Notes: generated by a model from the letters alone, not told the origin. A stretch of DNA of 64,000 nucleotides from Lama guanicoe (GCA_013239625.1 MU054187.1:23808795-23872794); one strand, 5' to 3'; counted from the first letter of the stretch, positions 49,611 through 63,641 are shown. Program-made: numbers and translations.

Positions 49611-50559
49611 CACCCACAAGCTCCTATCAGTCATTTTTTTTTTAAAGAAACTTAACTGAAGCATTTTTCGAGACAAATGAATGACTAATAGACTAGATAG
49701 CGAAAGTCTTCTTGCTATAAATCACTCTGTCTATCTCTAAGTGTGCCAATCACTTAGCAATATTAAAGCTGTTGGAGCAAGTTCAATCAAATCTGACAGA
49801 AATGCCAGAGGGCACGACGTAGCTTGTCTCTTCAAATTTTATAAATAGACTTAACGGCCACTTACAGATCAAACTACAGAAAAATATCTTAGATTCTTTT
49901 CTTCTATTGTCCTACAATTTTGTTTTCCTAACTCCTCCCATTTCCTTAGTGCACACTTGACCAGAAATATTAGAGGAAGACGGTGGAAAATATTTTGAAT
50001 AAAGCAATTGTTAAATAAAAATTAGACAGTCCCCAGCACTCCTTGCCTATGGCTTGCAATATAAATTGCTAGTTTTTAGAAATACATTTATTTCTGAGCC
50101 CAAAACAGAAGCGATTTTGACAAGTATCTTTGAAGAGGCAGCCTTATCCAACTCTAGTATTATGCATTTTCCAGTAAGTATTTTCCACTAAGAGTTTAAG
50201 GCCAGAAAACTTGGAATCAGCCCAGTGGCAACGAATTAAGAATCTTGTCTTCCCTCTCAAAACCTTTACTTCAGATGACTTTAAGTAATGCAAAAACCTA
50301 TGGTTGTTCAACTTCTAAGGTAACCTATGAATCTGCACTAGAATACCCAGGAAGAATATTCTCCAGTGCTCACTTCAGATGTGGCCCCAGGGAAGAAATT
50401 TTCAGAGATCTAAAAACAAAAGGGATGAGAGGTTCCCAGACAGCAGAACTAAAACTGCTGATGGCTAAGCAAAACTGAATCCAGCTTGAGTATTTAACAC
50501 TTCGTGCCCAGGAGAATTGGGTAATTACTCTGGGCAAATATTGTGCGCTTTGCTTCCTT

Positions 50560-51345
50560 CCTTGCTTATAGGGGTGCTTTATATGTAGTTTTTCTGACCC
50601 CGCTCTACCACGTGTATGGGGCAGTTAGAGACAGGTCAATTATCTTTAATTATGGATATCTTTAGAATAAGTAGACAGCTGAGGGGGCTGCACCCAAAGT
50701 CCTGGGACTGGGACTTATGTCTTAAGGTGAGAGTGTATTTTGAGTATGGAAGTAGGATTCATGTAAATATTTGAGTGGCTAAAGGTGAAGCTGATGACAC
50801 AGAATGCTAAATTTCTTCCAATCAGTAGTCTACCTTTCTTCTAGAGAATCCATTGTGCATTGTTTTGTGAAAATGTTCTTAAACTGAGCTTCTCAACACC
50901 AACCACATACGGTTATTGAACACTTGGGAGTATGGCTGGTGGGAATGAGAACTGTTTTTTAAATTTTACTTAATCCCGATTAAATGTGACTAGTAGAGAT
51001 TTTATTGGACAGAATAATTTATATTATTGAGATTCTCTTTTTTTCTGAGCACATGGCTGCCCAGTGAAAGACGGTACTATTTCCAGATTCCCTTTGCCTA
51101 GTTTGGCCGTGGCCAGGAAGACTAAGATTTGTTAACGGGATGCAAAAAAACACAATGTATGCAACTTGTATTCTTCTTTTCTTACCCTTTGTATAATATC
51201 TGAGATGTAGACAGCAGTCACCTAAAGCAAGTGAATGAGGGCATCACGTTGGGGTGTCAAACAACATAGAAAGACAACTTTTTAGAATAAGATTTTGGGC
51301 TTGTTTAAGCCATCAATATTTTGGTATTTTTGATATCAACAATAG
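50560..51345 (+). mobile_element. MaLR internal 3' end plus MLT1J-like LTR, with a nested hAT MITE (MER3-like, about 50880-51015)
   Basis: 'gagagtgtattttgagtatggaag...gtggctaaagg' precedes an LTR with 'ctatttccagattccctttgc' and 'ttgtttaagccat'. Confidence 0.55.
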
Positions 51346-51649
51346 TCTTACATTTGATTTCCTCTTCTTTTTAATATATATTTCTTGGGATTTGCTGTGA
51401 TTACTGAGTCTCAGTGTGCCCGTATTTCCATAAGGCTAGGAAGTTCTCAGCCATTAAAAAATAGTCTATCTTCTTGATTTTCTCTATTTTAGTATTCTGA
51501 AAATCCAATGAAATGTATGTTAAGCCTTTTACTCCCATCCCATCCTTCTTAACTTCTCTGACATGTATTTTATCTAAGAAAATATCTCTGTAATGCACCA
51601 GAGTAACATCTTAAGATGGTCTGTTTTCTGATTATTTATCTATATATGT

Positions 51650-54420
51650 ATAAGGGTGAGTCTATTTTCAGTTTTTTAAGGAACCTTCATACTATTTTCC
51701 ACAGTGGCTGCACCAATTTACATTCCCACCAACAGTATAGGACCGTTCCCTTTCTCCACACCCTCTCCAGCATTTGTCATTTGTAGACTTTTGATAACGG
51801 CCATTCTGACAAGTGTGAGGTCATACTTCAAAGTTTTGATTTGCATTTCTCTGATGATTAGCAATACTGAGCATTTTTTTTCATACACCTATTGATCATT
51901 TGTATGTCTTCACTGGAGAAATGTTTGTTTAGGTCTTTTAGCCATTTTTTTGATTAGGTTGTTTGTTTTTTTGTTATTCAGTTGTAGGAGCTGTTTGTAT
52001 ATTGTGGAAATTAAGCCCTTATCAGTCATAGCATTTGCAAATATTTTCTCCCATTCCATAGGTTGTTGTTTTGTTTTGCTTATGGTTTCCTTTGCTGGGC
52101 AAAAGCTTGGAAGTTTAATTAGGTCCCATTTGTTTATTTTTGTTTTATTTCTATTGCCTCAGTAGACTTCACTAAGAGAACATTGTTGCAATTTTTACCA
52201 GAGAATGTTTTGCCTATGTTATCTTCTAGGAGGTGTATGATGGCTTATGTTTAAATCTTTAAGTCATTTTGAGATTATTTTTGTGTGTGGTGTGAGCTTC
52301 ATTGATTTATATGCAGCTGTCCAGTTTTCCTAACATCACTTGCTGAAGTGACTGTCTTTTCTCCATTATATATTCTTGCCTCCTTTGTCAAAGATTAATA
52401 GACCATAGGTTTGTGGGTTTATTTCTGGGCTCTCTATCCTGTTCCATTGATTCATGTGTGTGTGTGTGTGTGTGTGTGCGCGTGCGTGCGCATGCACGCA
52501 CACATGTGTGCCCATGCCAAACCATGTTGTTCTGATTACTTTAACTTTGTAGTATTATCTGAAATCTGGGAGGGTTATGCCTCCAGCTTTATTCTTTTTT
52601 CTCAGGATTGCTTTGGGAATTCTGGATCTTTTATAGTTCCATATAAATTTGAGGATTATTTGCTCTAGCTCTGTGAACAATTTCCTGGGTAATTTGATAG
52701 AGATCACATTAAATCTATAGATTGCTTTGGGTAATTTGGCCATTTTAACAATATGAATTCTTCTAATCCAAGAGCATGGGATATCTGTCAATTTCTTTGA
52801 ATCATCTTCAATTTCCTTTATCAATTTTTATAGTTCTCAGCATGTAAGTTTTTCACTGCATTGGGCAGGTTTATTCCTAAGTATTTTATTTATGTTTTGA
52901 TATGATTTTAAAAGGGATTTTTTCTTTCCCTTTCTGATATTGTATTGTTAGTATAAAGAAATGTAAGACTTCTATGTGTTAATTTTGTATCTTGCTGACT
53001 TTGTTTATCATTTTTAGCAGTTTTTTTGTGGAGTCTTTAGGGTTTTTATATCTAGTATCATATCATCTGCATCTAATGACAGTTTTACCTGTTTCCTTCC
53101 AATGTGACCCCTTTTATTTCTCTCTTGCTGATTGCTGTGGCTAGGATTTCCAGCACTATGATGAATAGAAGTGGTGACAGTAGGCGTCTTTGTCTTATTC
53201 CGGATTTTAGGAGGAAGGCTTTTAGCTTCTTACTGTGGGGTGTGATATTGGCTGTGGGTTTGTCATAAATTATTTTTAATATGTTGAGATATGTTTCCTC
53301 TATACCCACTCTGCTAAGAGTTTTTTTTTCTGAATCATAAATGGGTGTTGAATTATATCAAATGCTTTTCTGCATCTATTGAGATGATCATGTGGTTTTT
53401 GTCCTTTTTTTGTTGATGTGGTCGATCGCATTGATTGATTTGCAAATGTTCAACCATCCTTGTGACCCTGGGATGAATCCACCCTGACAGTCACATATAA
53501 CCTTTTTTACGTGCTGTTGGATTCAGTGTTGTAATGTTTTGTTGAGAATTCTTGCATCTATGTTCATCAAAGATATTGGCCTGTAATTTTTTGTTGTTAT
53601 TGTTGTTTGTTGTTGGTGTCTTTGTCTGGTTCTGGTATCAGGGCAATGGTGGTTTCATAGAGTGACTTTAGGAATGGTCCCCCTCATCAAACTTTGGAAG
53701 AGTTTGAGAAGGATTGGGATAAGCTCTTCTTTGTATATTTGGTAAAATTCCCCAGTGAAACCATCTGGTCCTGGACTTTTGTTTGCAGGGAGGTTTTTGA
53801 TTTTTTCTTATTACCGATTCTATTTCACTTCTAGTGGTTGGTCTGTTCAAATGATCTACTTTTTCTTGATTCAGTTGTGGTGGACTCTATGTTTCTAGGA
53901 ACTTGTCCATTTCTTCCAGGTTGTCCAATTTGTCGGCACATATTTAGTCATAGTATTTTCCTATGGTTTTTTGTATTTCTGTGGTACTGGTTGTTATTTC
54001 TCCCCTTTCATTTCTTGTTTATTTGAGTCCTCTCTCTTTTCTTCATGGTGAGCCTGGTCAGAGGTTTGTTGATTTTGTTTATTCTTTCAAAAAAACAGCT
54101 CTTGGTTTCATTGATATTTTCTATTGTTTTTAAATCTCTATTTAATTTATTCCCTCTCTGATCTTTATTATTTCTTTCCTTCTGCCGACTTCAGGTTTTG
54201 TTTGTTCTTTTTCTAATTGTTTAGGTGGTAGCTTATGTTATTTGACATTTTTCTTCTTTCTTTGTTTGATTGTTTGTCTGTTTGTTTTGAGAAAGGCCAG
54301 TCTTTCTAAGGACTGCTTTTGCTGTGTTTTCACTGTCATTTGTTTCAAGGGGCTTTTTAATTTTCTCTTTGATTTCATCATTGTCCCATGGTTATTCCAT
54401 GTGCACTTGGAATATATTCT
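51650..54420 (-). mobile_element. L1 ORF2 segment (camelid/cetartiodactyl type) lacking both 5' region and 3'UTR
   Basis: ORFs 52555..52824 ('[25 protein letters not shown]') and 53085..53309 are L1 ORF2 peptides. Confidence 0.93.
52453..52511. repeat. Alternating purine-pyrimidine tract, (TG)n followed by CG/CA/TG units
   Basis: Directly visible, 59 bp of uninterrupted alternation. Confidence 0.9.
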
Positions 54421-57219
54421 GTGGGGGTTTTTTTGACATAATAACATTGAGATTTTAATTTCAGTTTTTACACTTAACTTTTTTTTAAGTTGTCTTTTAA
54501 ATTTGCTTGTTCTCTTGTTTTTATAATTTTTTTCCACAAATTCTAAATAGCCTCTTTTATCCTTTAAGCATTATAAACATAATTACTTTATGTTTTGTGA
54601 CTGAAGTCCTGTATGACTACAGTTAATTGTAAATTTAGTTCTCTACTTGTTTTCCACGTTATATTGTGTTATGAGCCTTATTCTGTGTATTTTGTAATTT
54701 TGAATTGTGATCTTATAATTGATAGAACTTTTTCCCAAAGTTACTTTGGGATACTTGACTTGAGGATGAGCACTCTTCTGTGTTCTTATACTTTTACTCT
54801 ATCAGGGTATTTGGACAAGTGTCAAACCAGGTCCATTTCCCAGCTTAGGGTTTCCCTTTACCATATTGTTAGTACAAATTCAAGTGAGACTCAAAGGTAT
54901 ATTCTCTCTATTTGAATATGTTTTAATGTGCATGATTCTTAGTTACTGAGATCTGTAAAGACTCAGGTTTATCTGTAGATTAAGCTTTACTGTGTCACTG
55001 TGGTAGCCAGCTTCTCTTCCTTTTTGGATGCCAAATGGTTCTCTTTTGTATGAGCTTACTGATTTGTATGAACTGATGTTTACTCTATGAATTCATCACT
55101 TGCAGATCATTTATATTGGCAGATTTTTTTTGTGAACATAGAATGGAAACAATTTTTTTCTGATGAAATATAAGATGAAATTTAGCTTTGGCTATTATAT
55201 TCAATTTAGTCATAATTTTCTCATTTCAATGATTTCTGTGTATATGTGGGTGTGTGCATGTATGTAAGCTTTATTTAGTAGAAATCTAAATATTCACATG
55301 AAATATGTTCTAAGTACCTTGGAAGTTTTCTACTTTTTCACTGCTTGCCAAAACACTTCTAACATTATACAGACTAAATTAGGCAATTCAAGGTTTGTTT
55401 CTTTAATTAAGCTCTGAGATTCATAACGTAAATTAAATTTCCAGGATTACAAAAAGTCATGTAAGTTTATATTCATTAAGTAAAATGTAGCAGCATTTCA
55501 AAGTGTGCTTTAATATTTGTGGATATTTTTATTACAACTACTTGCTCTAATTTTAGTGAGCACTCATCAGCATTAAAAATGATTATAACGTCATATTTCA
55601 CTGACTCTTTAAAAATCTCATATGTGGATTTATGTAAATAGATTATAAAATGTGCTTGGTGGCTTATAGTAAATAGAGTTTAGGTCCTGATAATGCTGAA
55701 TGTCAGTTGAATATGTGATATAAAAATGATTCATGAAATGTTAATTCAGTCAGGTACTCTATTTCTGTGTATAAGCAGCAAAAAATTAAAATGTACTTTT
55801 CTTTACTATCATAGAATCAGACAAGGATTTTGCAACATGGGTCATTATTTGAACATGATATAACCCAGACAAATGTTACAGAGTAAATGCACAAGTTGGC
55901 ATGCTACTAAAGTCACAGTGATTACCAGTGCTTACTACATGCTCCCATATTTGATAAACAGCTTTTGACATGAAGTCATTTTTGGCTTGGTGCATGGATT
56001 TATGTGACTTGCTGTACCTGAACTACACTTTCCTACATAGTTTCACATCACAAAACCAACTTTTGCTTTGCCCTTTTCTGTTCTGTATTTATTTAAATCC
56101 CATTTTAATTGCCTTAAATCTCAACCTGTATTCTCTTAATGTGAATCTGGAGTAACAATTGAAGCACCATTCCTGGCATGGGGCTACATGCCCATGTTTT
56201 ATCTCTGCCATGTATCCTGTCCTTTCCTTTGTTGTTAGACATTTTGACTTACAAATGAAAGTTGTGTGATGGTTTTACTTCAGTTGTTGAATATTTTTAG
56301 CATGCATTTCGTATTGTTATGACTTTCTTCCTTCTTCATATTTTAAAAAAATTAAATTTGCGTTTATCTACACTTGTACACTGAACAAGGTACAAATCAA
56401 AAATGAAAAAAAAAACACTTGGTGTGGTGTGTAGGCTGCAATTGGGTAATATAAACATTGCATTGCATCATAAAGGGAAAAAAAGAAAAAGCTTGGTCCG
56501 CAGATGGTGAACTACAGGAAATAATTTTGCTTTCCATTTCTCCACAGGCTTTACTGCTGAACAACAGGAAAACAAAGATATTAGAATACTGTGTAAAATG
56601 AGATCATAGTCTACACTCAGACCTGCAGGGACACCTAATAGACATCTGGTAGTAGATTCTCATTGCTAATCTTTGGCAGAGAAGGCTACAAAATGACTCT
56701 TTTGAATGTAGCCCATGATGCCAAATCCCACTGAGATAAAACACATAGTCTTATACAACATAATTCTTTGATATTCTGAACAAGGACCAACATTTTTTTT
56801 CCCAAAGAAATATCAAGATATTTTGTATCAATACATTAATATTACTATGTTATAGAGTAATCTTCAAAAACCAGAAATAAGCAAGATTTACACTTTCAAA
56901 CTGATTCTATAAAGAGATCTGATGAGATTTGATATGTAATATATATATTTTAAAAACCTAGGATATTTAATTGAAATTGTTAAGAATTGAGTTTGTTCAA
57001 CAACATTTCAGATAAATTCATGAAATTATTACCTATAAAGCCCAGCTTTGAACTTCAGGAACTCTGGTGTCACGAGATTTTAAATATGATATTATAGAAA
57101 GTGTCATTTGACACCAAAGCCAGATGAACTCATATGACCAATTTTTATTTATTAATTGACTTTTTACTTGGTAGGGCACTCCTTACAAAGGAAGGAATGA
57201 ATGTGAGTTGGGAATAAGA

Positions 57220-57380
57220 AGTTTCAGAGACGGACACACCTGTATTAAATTCTGGCTCCATGTCTTGCTAATGATGGCTATGTCATGAGTATTCTATTAT
57301 TTACGGGTAACTTCCTCATCAGTAAAATAGTACTATGATAACTACCTCATAAACTTGCTGTGAAGATACAACAGGATATC
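57220..57380 (+). mobile_element. MIR SINE
   Basis: 'cacacctgtattaaattctggctccat...cttcctcatcagtaaaatag...ctacctcataaacttgctgtgaagat'. Confidence 0.65.
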
Positions 57381-58034
57381 TCAATGAATATTATATTGGT
57401 AGGGAGATTACATAAGACTTCCATATTCTAGCATTTGTTAGCTGTTTTGTGAAAGCTGTTTTGAGAAATAAATAGCAATTATCTCTATGTATCTATTTCT
57501 CAGATTTTTTTTTTTATTTTGCCGTGTCCTGTAACAAGTCTGGCTACAAGAAAATGTATGAATTCTTTGGTATATTTTTCAAAGTGCTTTGTTTCTTGTT
57601 ATCTTTATTGTTGTTTGTAGTGTATAAAATATGACAGCATTATCTGGAGTAGCAGAAGGACAATTTCTAAAAAATTATTTATCCTTTATTTTAAATATTG
57701 GTGATAGCTATCAACTTTCTCTAGGGAAATCACATTACTTTCTTTCCTTTTGGTGACATATACCACATATTGGCTTTTGAGATAGATAAAATAAATATAA
57801 AATCCATCCATAAGAAACTATCTTACCCTGAATGAGCTATTTGAAGGGGCTTTATGCTTCTGTATAGACAGCTTTATTTTGACTTTTAAGTAACTTAAAA
57901 GCTTTTTCAGAATAGCGCCAGTGCCTCTTGAGTCACCCATGGGGGTAAATCCTGAGGAATATGCAATTATAATCTTGTGAATGTTATGAAATTCTTTCCT
58001 GAGAGTTATAAATCATTTAATTATTGACTAAATA

Positions 58035-58244
58035 CAGTTAACCCTTGAACAACCTGGGTTTGAACTGTGTGAGTCCACGTATAGGTTGATTTTTTTCAAT
58101 AAATACTTACTTCCATACCACAGGATCAGTGGTTGGTGAATCTGCAGGTACAGAACAATGAATACAGAGGGCTGACTGTAAAGTTATGCATGTAGTTTTG
58201 ACCACATGACCACCCCTAACTCCACATTGTTCAAAGGCCAACTG
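58035..58244. mobile_element. TcMar-Tigger MITE (Tigger2a/MER8-related)
   Basis: TIRs cagttaacccttgaacaa / ttgttcaaaggccaactg, with a TA TSD on both sides. Confidence 0.9.
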
Positions 58245-58282
58245 TATCATTAAAAAAATTTTTTTGAAGAATGTTATTTATC

Positions 58283-58632
58283 TGTGATTGTTAATTTTGT
58301 GTGTCACTTTGACTGGTCTACATCTGGTCACATATTCATTCTATGAAGATGTTTTTGGATACAATTGCCATTTAAATTGGTATACTGAATAAAGCAGATC
58401 AGCCTCCATTGTGTGAGTGGACCTCATCTAGGCAAGTTAAAGGCCTGAATAGAGTAAAAGACTGATCCTCCCCCGAATATAGGAGAATTCTCCTTTCTGG
58501 TAGCCTTTAAATTTCCTTGTTCCACAGCAGCGTGCTGATCTTTGGACTCAGACTGGGACATTTGCTCAGAAAATGTTGTGCTTGCTAGTCATGTATAAGC
58601 CAATTCCTAATAACAAATCAATCTCTCTATAT
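58283..58632 (+). mobile_element. ERVL LTR (MLT2B/D-like)
   Basis: 'tgtgattgttaattttgtgtgtcactttgactgg', 'gaataaagcagat', 'aaggcctgaatagagtaaaagactga', 'agccaattcctaataacaaatc'. Confidence 0.85.
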
Positions 58633-59289
58633 GGCAGATAGATAGACAGATCACAGGATTTCTGACGAGAAATCCACTATAATTCTTACTCTTATTCATC
58701 TATACATATGTGTAATATACATTAATTTACATATATACAAATTGCTAGGCTTTCTTTATTTACATACCTCAAAAACTTAGGGAATATGCTGATTCAATAA
58801 TAGGTGACTCTTAGGTGATAACAGTTGAAAGGTTTCAGGCATGTACGAGTGAAAATACGTGATACTTTATGCAAAGGAACAAATGTTTGCTTTTGTTTTG
58901 AGAAGACATGAATGATGAAAAATTGAAGACATTTGCAAGGTAATCTGAATGCTGTGGTCCTTTCCATTTGTTTCCTTATTTATCCCTAGAATATCACTTT
59001 TTATTCTTAATTACTTGAAATTAAGTCACCCTTCTTAGATTGAAAAAAAGTGAACAAGAAATACTAAAATCATACTACAATCACCATCACTGAATTTGAA
59101 ACTATGAACATATAGCTGAACTGGTTTTCATTTTCCAAATTATTAACAGTTTAGTATGAAAAAGAAAGTAGATTCATATTATGTGGAAGACAAACTCTAG
59201 AACCTGACAATTTTGTGTCATTCTGTTACTCTTTCTTTCTTTCTTCTTCATTCTCTCTTCTTTCTTTCTTTCTGCTCTTGTTTTGCCTT

Positions 59290-62200
59290 CTTTGGTTTTA
59301 ATGAAGCATTTCATAGTATTCAATTATCTCCCCTCTCATAGCATATCTATTATACTTCTTTTAAAAAATTCAGTCATTGCCTTAGATTTGCAATACACAT
59401 TTACAACTAACCTAAGTCCACTTTCAAATAACAGTACACTGCTTCATGAATAGTACATGTAGCTTATAATAGAGCAGTTCCAATTTCTCCCTCCCATTTC
59501 TTATAATATTGCTTTCCATTTATTCATATACTTTAATTACCCTATACAGTGTTATTATTACTATTTGAACCATTATCTATTAGATATATTAAGAAAAAAT
59601 TATCTCCATTTATTTCTTCTTTAACATGATTCTTTCTTTCTGTAAATATAAGTATCTGACCTGTATTATTTTCTTCTCCCTGAAGAACTTCTTTTTAACA
59701 TTTCTTTCAAGTCAGGCTTATTGTCCATGAATTCCCTCAGGTTTTGTATGTTTACGAAAGTCCTTATTTTTTATTTACTCTTGAAGGGTAACTTGACTGC
59801 ATATAGATTCTGAGTTTCACCACCATTTTAACTATTGTACTCCATTGTCTTGTATCTTGCACTATTTATGATTAAAAATCCACCATAATTTTATTATTTT
59901 TCTTCTATGCATAAAGTGATTATTTTTCTCTAACTTCTTTCCAGATTTTCTCTTTGTATTTGGTTTTCTACAGTTTGAGTATTATATGCATAGGTGTAGT
60001 GTATATATGTGTGTGTGTTTGTATATATATATACAACTATTTTGTGTTCTCTGAGCTTTATGGATGTGTGGTTTATGTCTGTCATTAATTTTGGAAAATT
60101 CCCAGCCATTACTACAAATATTTATTTTATTCCCTTTTTTATCTTCTCATTCTGGTGTTCCAATTATACATATGTTATACCTTTTGAAATTATACCACAG
60201 TTCTTTGATTTTCTGTTCTGTTTTTTGCTTTTTTTCCTCTTCACATTTCAAATGTGAGAAATTTCTTTTCACCATTTTCAAGCTCACTGATTATTTCATC
60301 AGTTGTGTCCACACCATTTTCATTTCTCTTGTACTGTCTTAGAGTCTAGCATTTCATTTTGATTCTTAGAATGTTCACATATCTGCTTACATTATCCATT
60401 TCTTCTTTCACATTGTCTATTTTTTGCATTAAAGTTCTTACAATTTAATCATAGTTTTGATTTGCATTTCTCTGGTAATTTACAATATTGAGCTATGTTT
60501 TCTTCTTGTGCCTATTGGCCATTTGTATGTCTTCTTTGAAGAATTGCTTGTTTAGATCTTCTGTTCATGTTCGGATTGGGTTATCTGTTTTATTCTTATT
60601 AAGTTGTATGAGATGCTTACATATTCTGGAAATAAAACCTTTGTCATCTCCATCATTTGCAAATATTTTCCCCATTCTGTGGGGAATGGGTTGTCATTTT
60701 GTTACACTTCTGGTTTCTTTGCTGTGCAAAGCTTATAAATTTAATTAGGTCCCTTTTTAAAATTTTTGCTTTCATTTCTATTGACTGGGTAGACTGCCCG
60801 AAGAGACTATTGCTAAGATTTATGTCAGAGAATGTTTTGCCTATGTCTCCTTCTAGGAGGTTTATAGTGTCTTTTCCTATATTTAAATCTTTAAGCCATT
60901 TTGCATTTATTTTTGTGTATGATGTGAGGGAGTGTTCTAACGTCACTGTACATGCAGCTGTCCAATTTTCCTAGCACCTTTTGCTGAAAAGACTGTCTTT
61001 TCTCTATTACATCTTCTTGTCTGCTTTGTTGAAGGTTAATTGACCAGAGATCTGTGTGTTTATTTCTGGGCTCTCTGTTCAATTTATCTATATGTCTGTT
61101 CTTGTGCCAATACCACATTGTTTTGATTACTGTAGCTCTGCAGTGTTGTCTGAAGTCTGGTAGGGTTATTCCTCCAGCTTTGTTCTTTTTCTTCAGTATT
61201 GCTTTGGAAATTCTGAGTCTTTTGAAAGTCCATATAAATTTTAAAATCACTATGAGGTATCACTTCATACCACTCAGAATGGCTATCATTAAAAAGTCCA
61301 CAAAGCAATAATTGCTGGAAAGCATGTGGAGAAAAGGGAACCCTCCTACACTGCTGGTGGGAATGTAGTTTGGTGCAGCCATTATGCAAAACAGTACCGA
61401 GATTACTCATAAAACAAAAAATAAACTTACCATATGATCCTGCAACTTCATTCCTGGGAGTATATCTAAAGGGAACTCAAATTCAAAAAGATACATGCAC
61501 CTTAGTGTTCATAGCAGCACTATTTATAGTAGCCAAGACACAGATACCATCTAAATGTCCATCAACAGATGACTGGAATAAAAAAGCTGTGGTATTTTTA
61601 TACAGTGGAATACTAGTCAGCCATAAAAAAGAATAAAACAGTACCATTTGAAGCAACATGGATGGATCTGAAGATCATCATTCTAAGTAAGCCAGAAAGA
61701 GAACTAAATATACCATAAGATATCACTCATATGTGGACCCTTAAAAATAAAAGAAAAAAGAAGACACTAATGAACTTATCTGCACAACAGAAACAGACTC
61801 ACAGACATAGTAAACAAACCTATGACTACTAGGGGGAAGAGGGGTGGGAAGAGATAATTAGGGAGGTCAAGAATTGCTCATGTTAACTACTATATATAAA
61901 ATAAATAAAAAATAAATTTCTTCTGTATAGCTCAGGGAACTATATTCAGTATCTTGTAGTAGCCTATTATGAAAAAGAATATGAAAATACATATGTGTGT
62001 ATTTATATGACTCAAACATTATGCTGTACACTAGAAATTGACATTGTAACTGACTATACTAAATAAATTTTAAAAACCACAAATGCTAATCAAAAAATTT
62101 AATCATAGTTATTTTATATTGTGATAATTCTAAAGTCTGTGCCATATCTGTCTAGTTATGATACTTTCTCTCTTCAGACTATTTTTCTTCATGCCTTGTA

Positions 62201-63120
62201 ATTTTTTGTTGAAATCTGGATATGATATATTGGGTAATATAAAATGTGGTAAATAGATCTTTAGTGTGAGGTATTATCTTAATCTGATTAGGAGTTGGGC
62301 TATATTTAATGTTTGCTATAGATATAGGTGTCCTTATTTTTCCTCCCTTATTTTAAGTTTCCCTAAGAAGTTCCTTCTTTCATGGAATTTGTACCTTGTA
62401 GCTCTCTCGGCTACACTTCACTGTAATTATGCTGTACCTCTGTTGATACTGCAGTAGATAAAATAAATTTATAATCTTATAATCAAATTTTAGTCTTTTA
62501 ATGGATTTGTGTCTCTGGACTGTGACCTTCACAGGGTTTCTCAGCTTTCATTCCTTTTTCAGATGAGACAAGAAGTTTAGAAGAAGATGAACTTGGGCAG
62601 TTTCCCGTCCCTATTTTGGATAAGGCTATGTTAAGTTCTTTTCTTCTGAGTAAGCCTTTATTATAGAGAATATTCTGGGATTAACTTCTAAATAATTACT
62701 TTTCCCTTCCCTCTTCCAAAACAGGGTAATTTTTCTTGACATTCCATGTTGAGAACGTGGTGGGCACTCCTGGAGTTGAAACCCATGAAAGTGTGGGGGC
62801 CCCACTAAAAGAGAAGCCTCCAGGAGTTTCTCACTCTCATGCTAATCCATACAATGCCTCCTACAAGTTGTCAGTTACTGTTTAAATGTGACTACCATTT
62901 TAATGCCCCACAAGTTCTACCCCAGTTAAGCTATTGACTGTAATTCACTGTGTTCACATGTCTCCATAGATTTCAGGGTGATAATTTGCCTTATAACCAC
63001 AATTCTTTGAAAGGTTCAAGAAAAGTCAATGGTTTTCAGTTTGTTTAGCTTTTTTTTTCTCATGATGCAAGTATGAACATCCAAACTCTTTACATGTCAG
63101 AGTTGAAGCTGGAAGTTCTA
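59290..63120 (-). mobile_element. Old L1MD-type 5' region (5'UTR/ORF1 relic), interrupted by a younger L1
   Basis: 'aagtccactttcaaataac', 'gaaacccatgaaagtgtggggg'; host sequence is continuous across the TSD of the nested L1. Confidence 0.7.
60457..62095 (+). mobile_element. Camelid-type L1 with 5' inversion (60457-61243 minus, 61244-62095 plus)
   Basis: ORF2 peptides on both strands (60891..61250 -, 61370..61636 +); perfect 15-bp TSD aatttaatcatagtt at 60442-60456 and 62096-62110. Confidence 0.95.
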
Positions 63121-63211
63121 TGTTGCCATTTCTGCATACTTTATTTGTGTATCTCTTTTAGATCATTGAATTTTGTCATGAAGTGTTGTTTTTAAAGTAG
63201 GGTTTATTATT

Positions 63212-63333
63212 AGTGTGACTGTAAATGTTATTGTCCAAATCAAAATGTTTAATTATGAAAATGAAAACTCTTAATACAAATATAGAACTACAGATGTAAA
63301 TGGTTCTTGTCCAACTGTGACATAGGGTCCCCA
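63212..63333 (+). mobile_element. hAT-Blackjack MITE (MER94-like)
   Basis: 'agtgtgactgtaaatgttattgtccaaat ... gacatagggtcccc', about 120 bp. Confidence 0.45.
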
Positions 63334-63641
63334 TACTTTATCTGAGTTTTACATATTTGAGATTATTTGTTTGTTTTTAAAAAATATATAAATGCCAATT
63401 TTCTTGATCCCGTATCATGACATTCAGGAATTTCTGGACAAAGGTTGACTATATATCCATTGAATTTTGGATATTAAAAATTCTGAGTTTGGATTGATTT
63501 TTTTCCTCCTAAGTGACGTATTTCTCCATAGGACTTTTTATCAATATATGTTTACTAGTGAATCATTTTTACTGGTGTGTCAATTTTCCTAGGACATGAT
63601 TTCTTTTAATCTGTAGTTTCAGCTATTTCTTTACACTTGTA

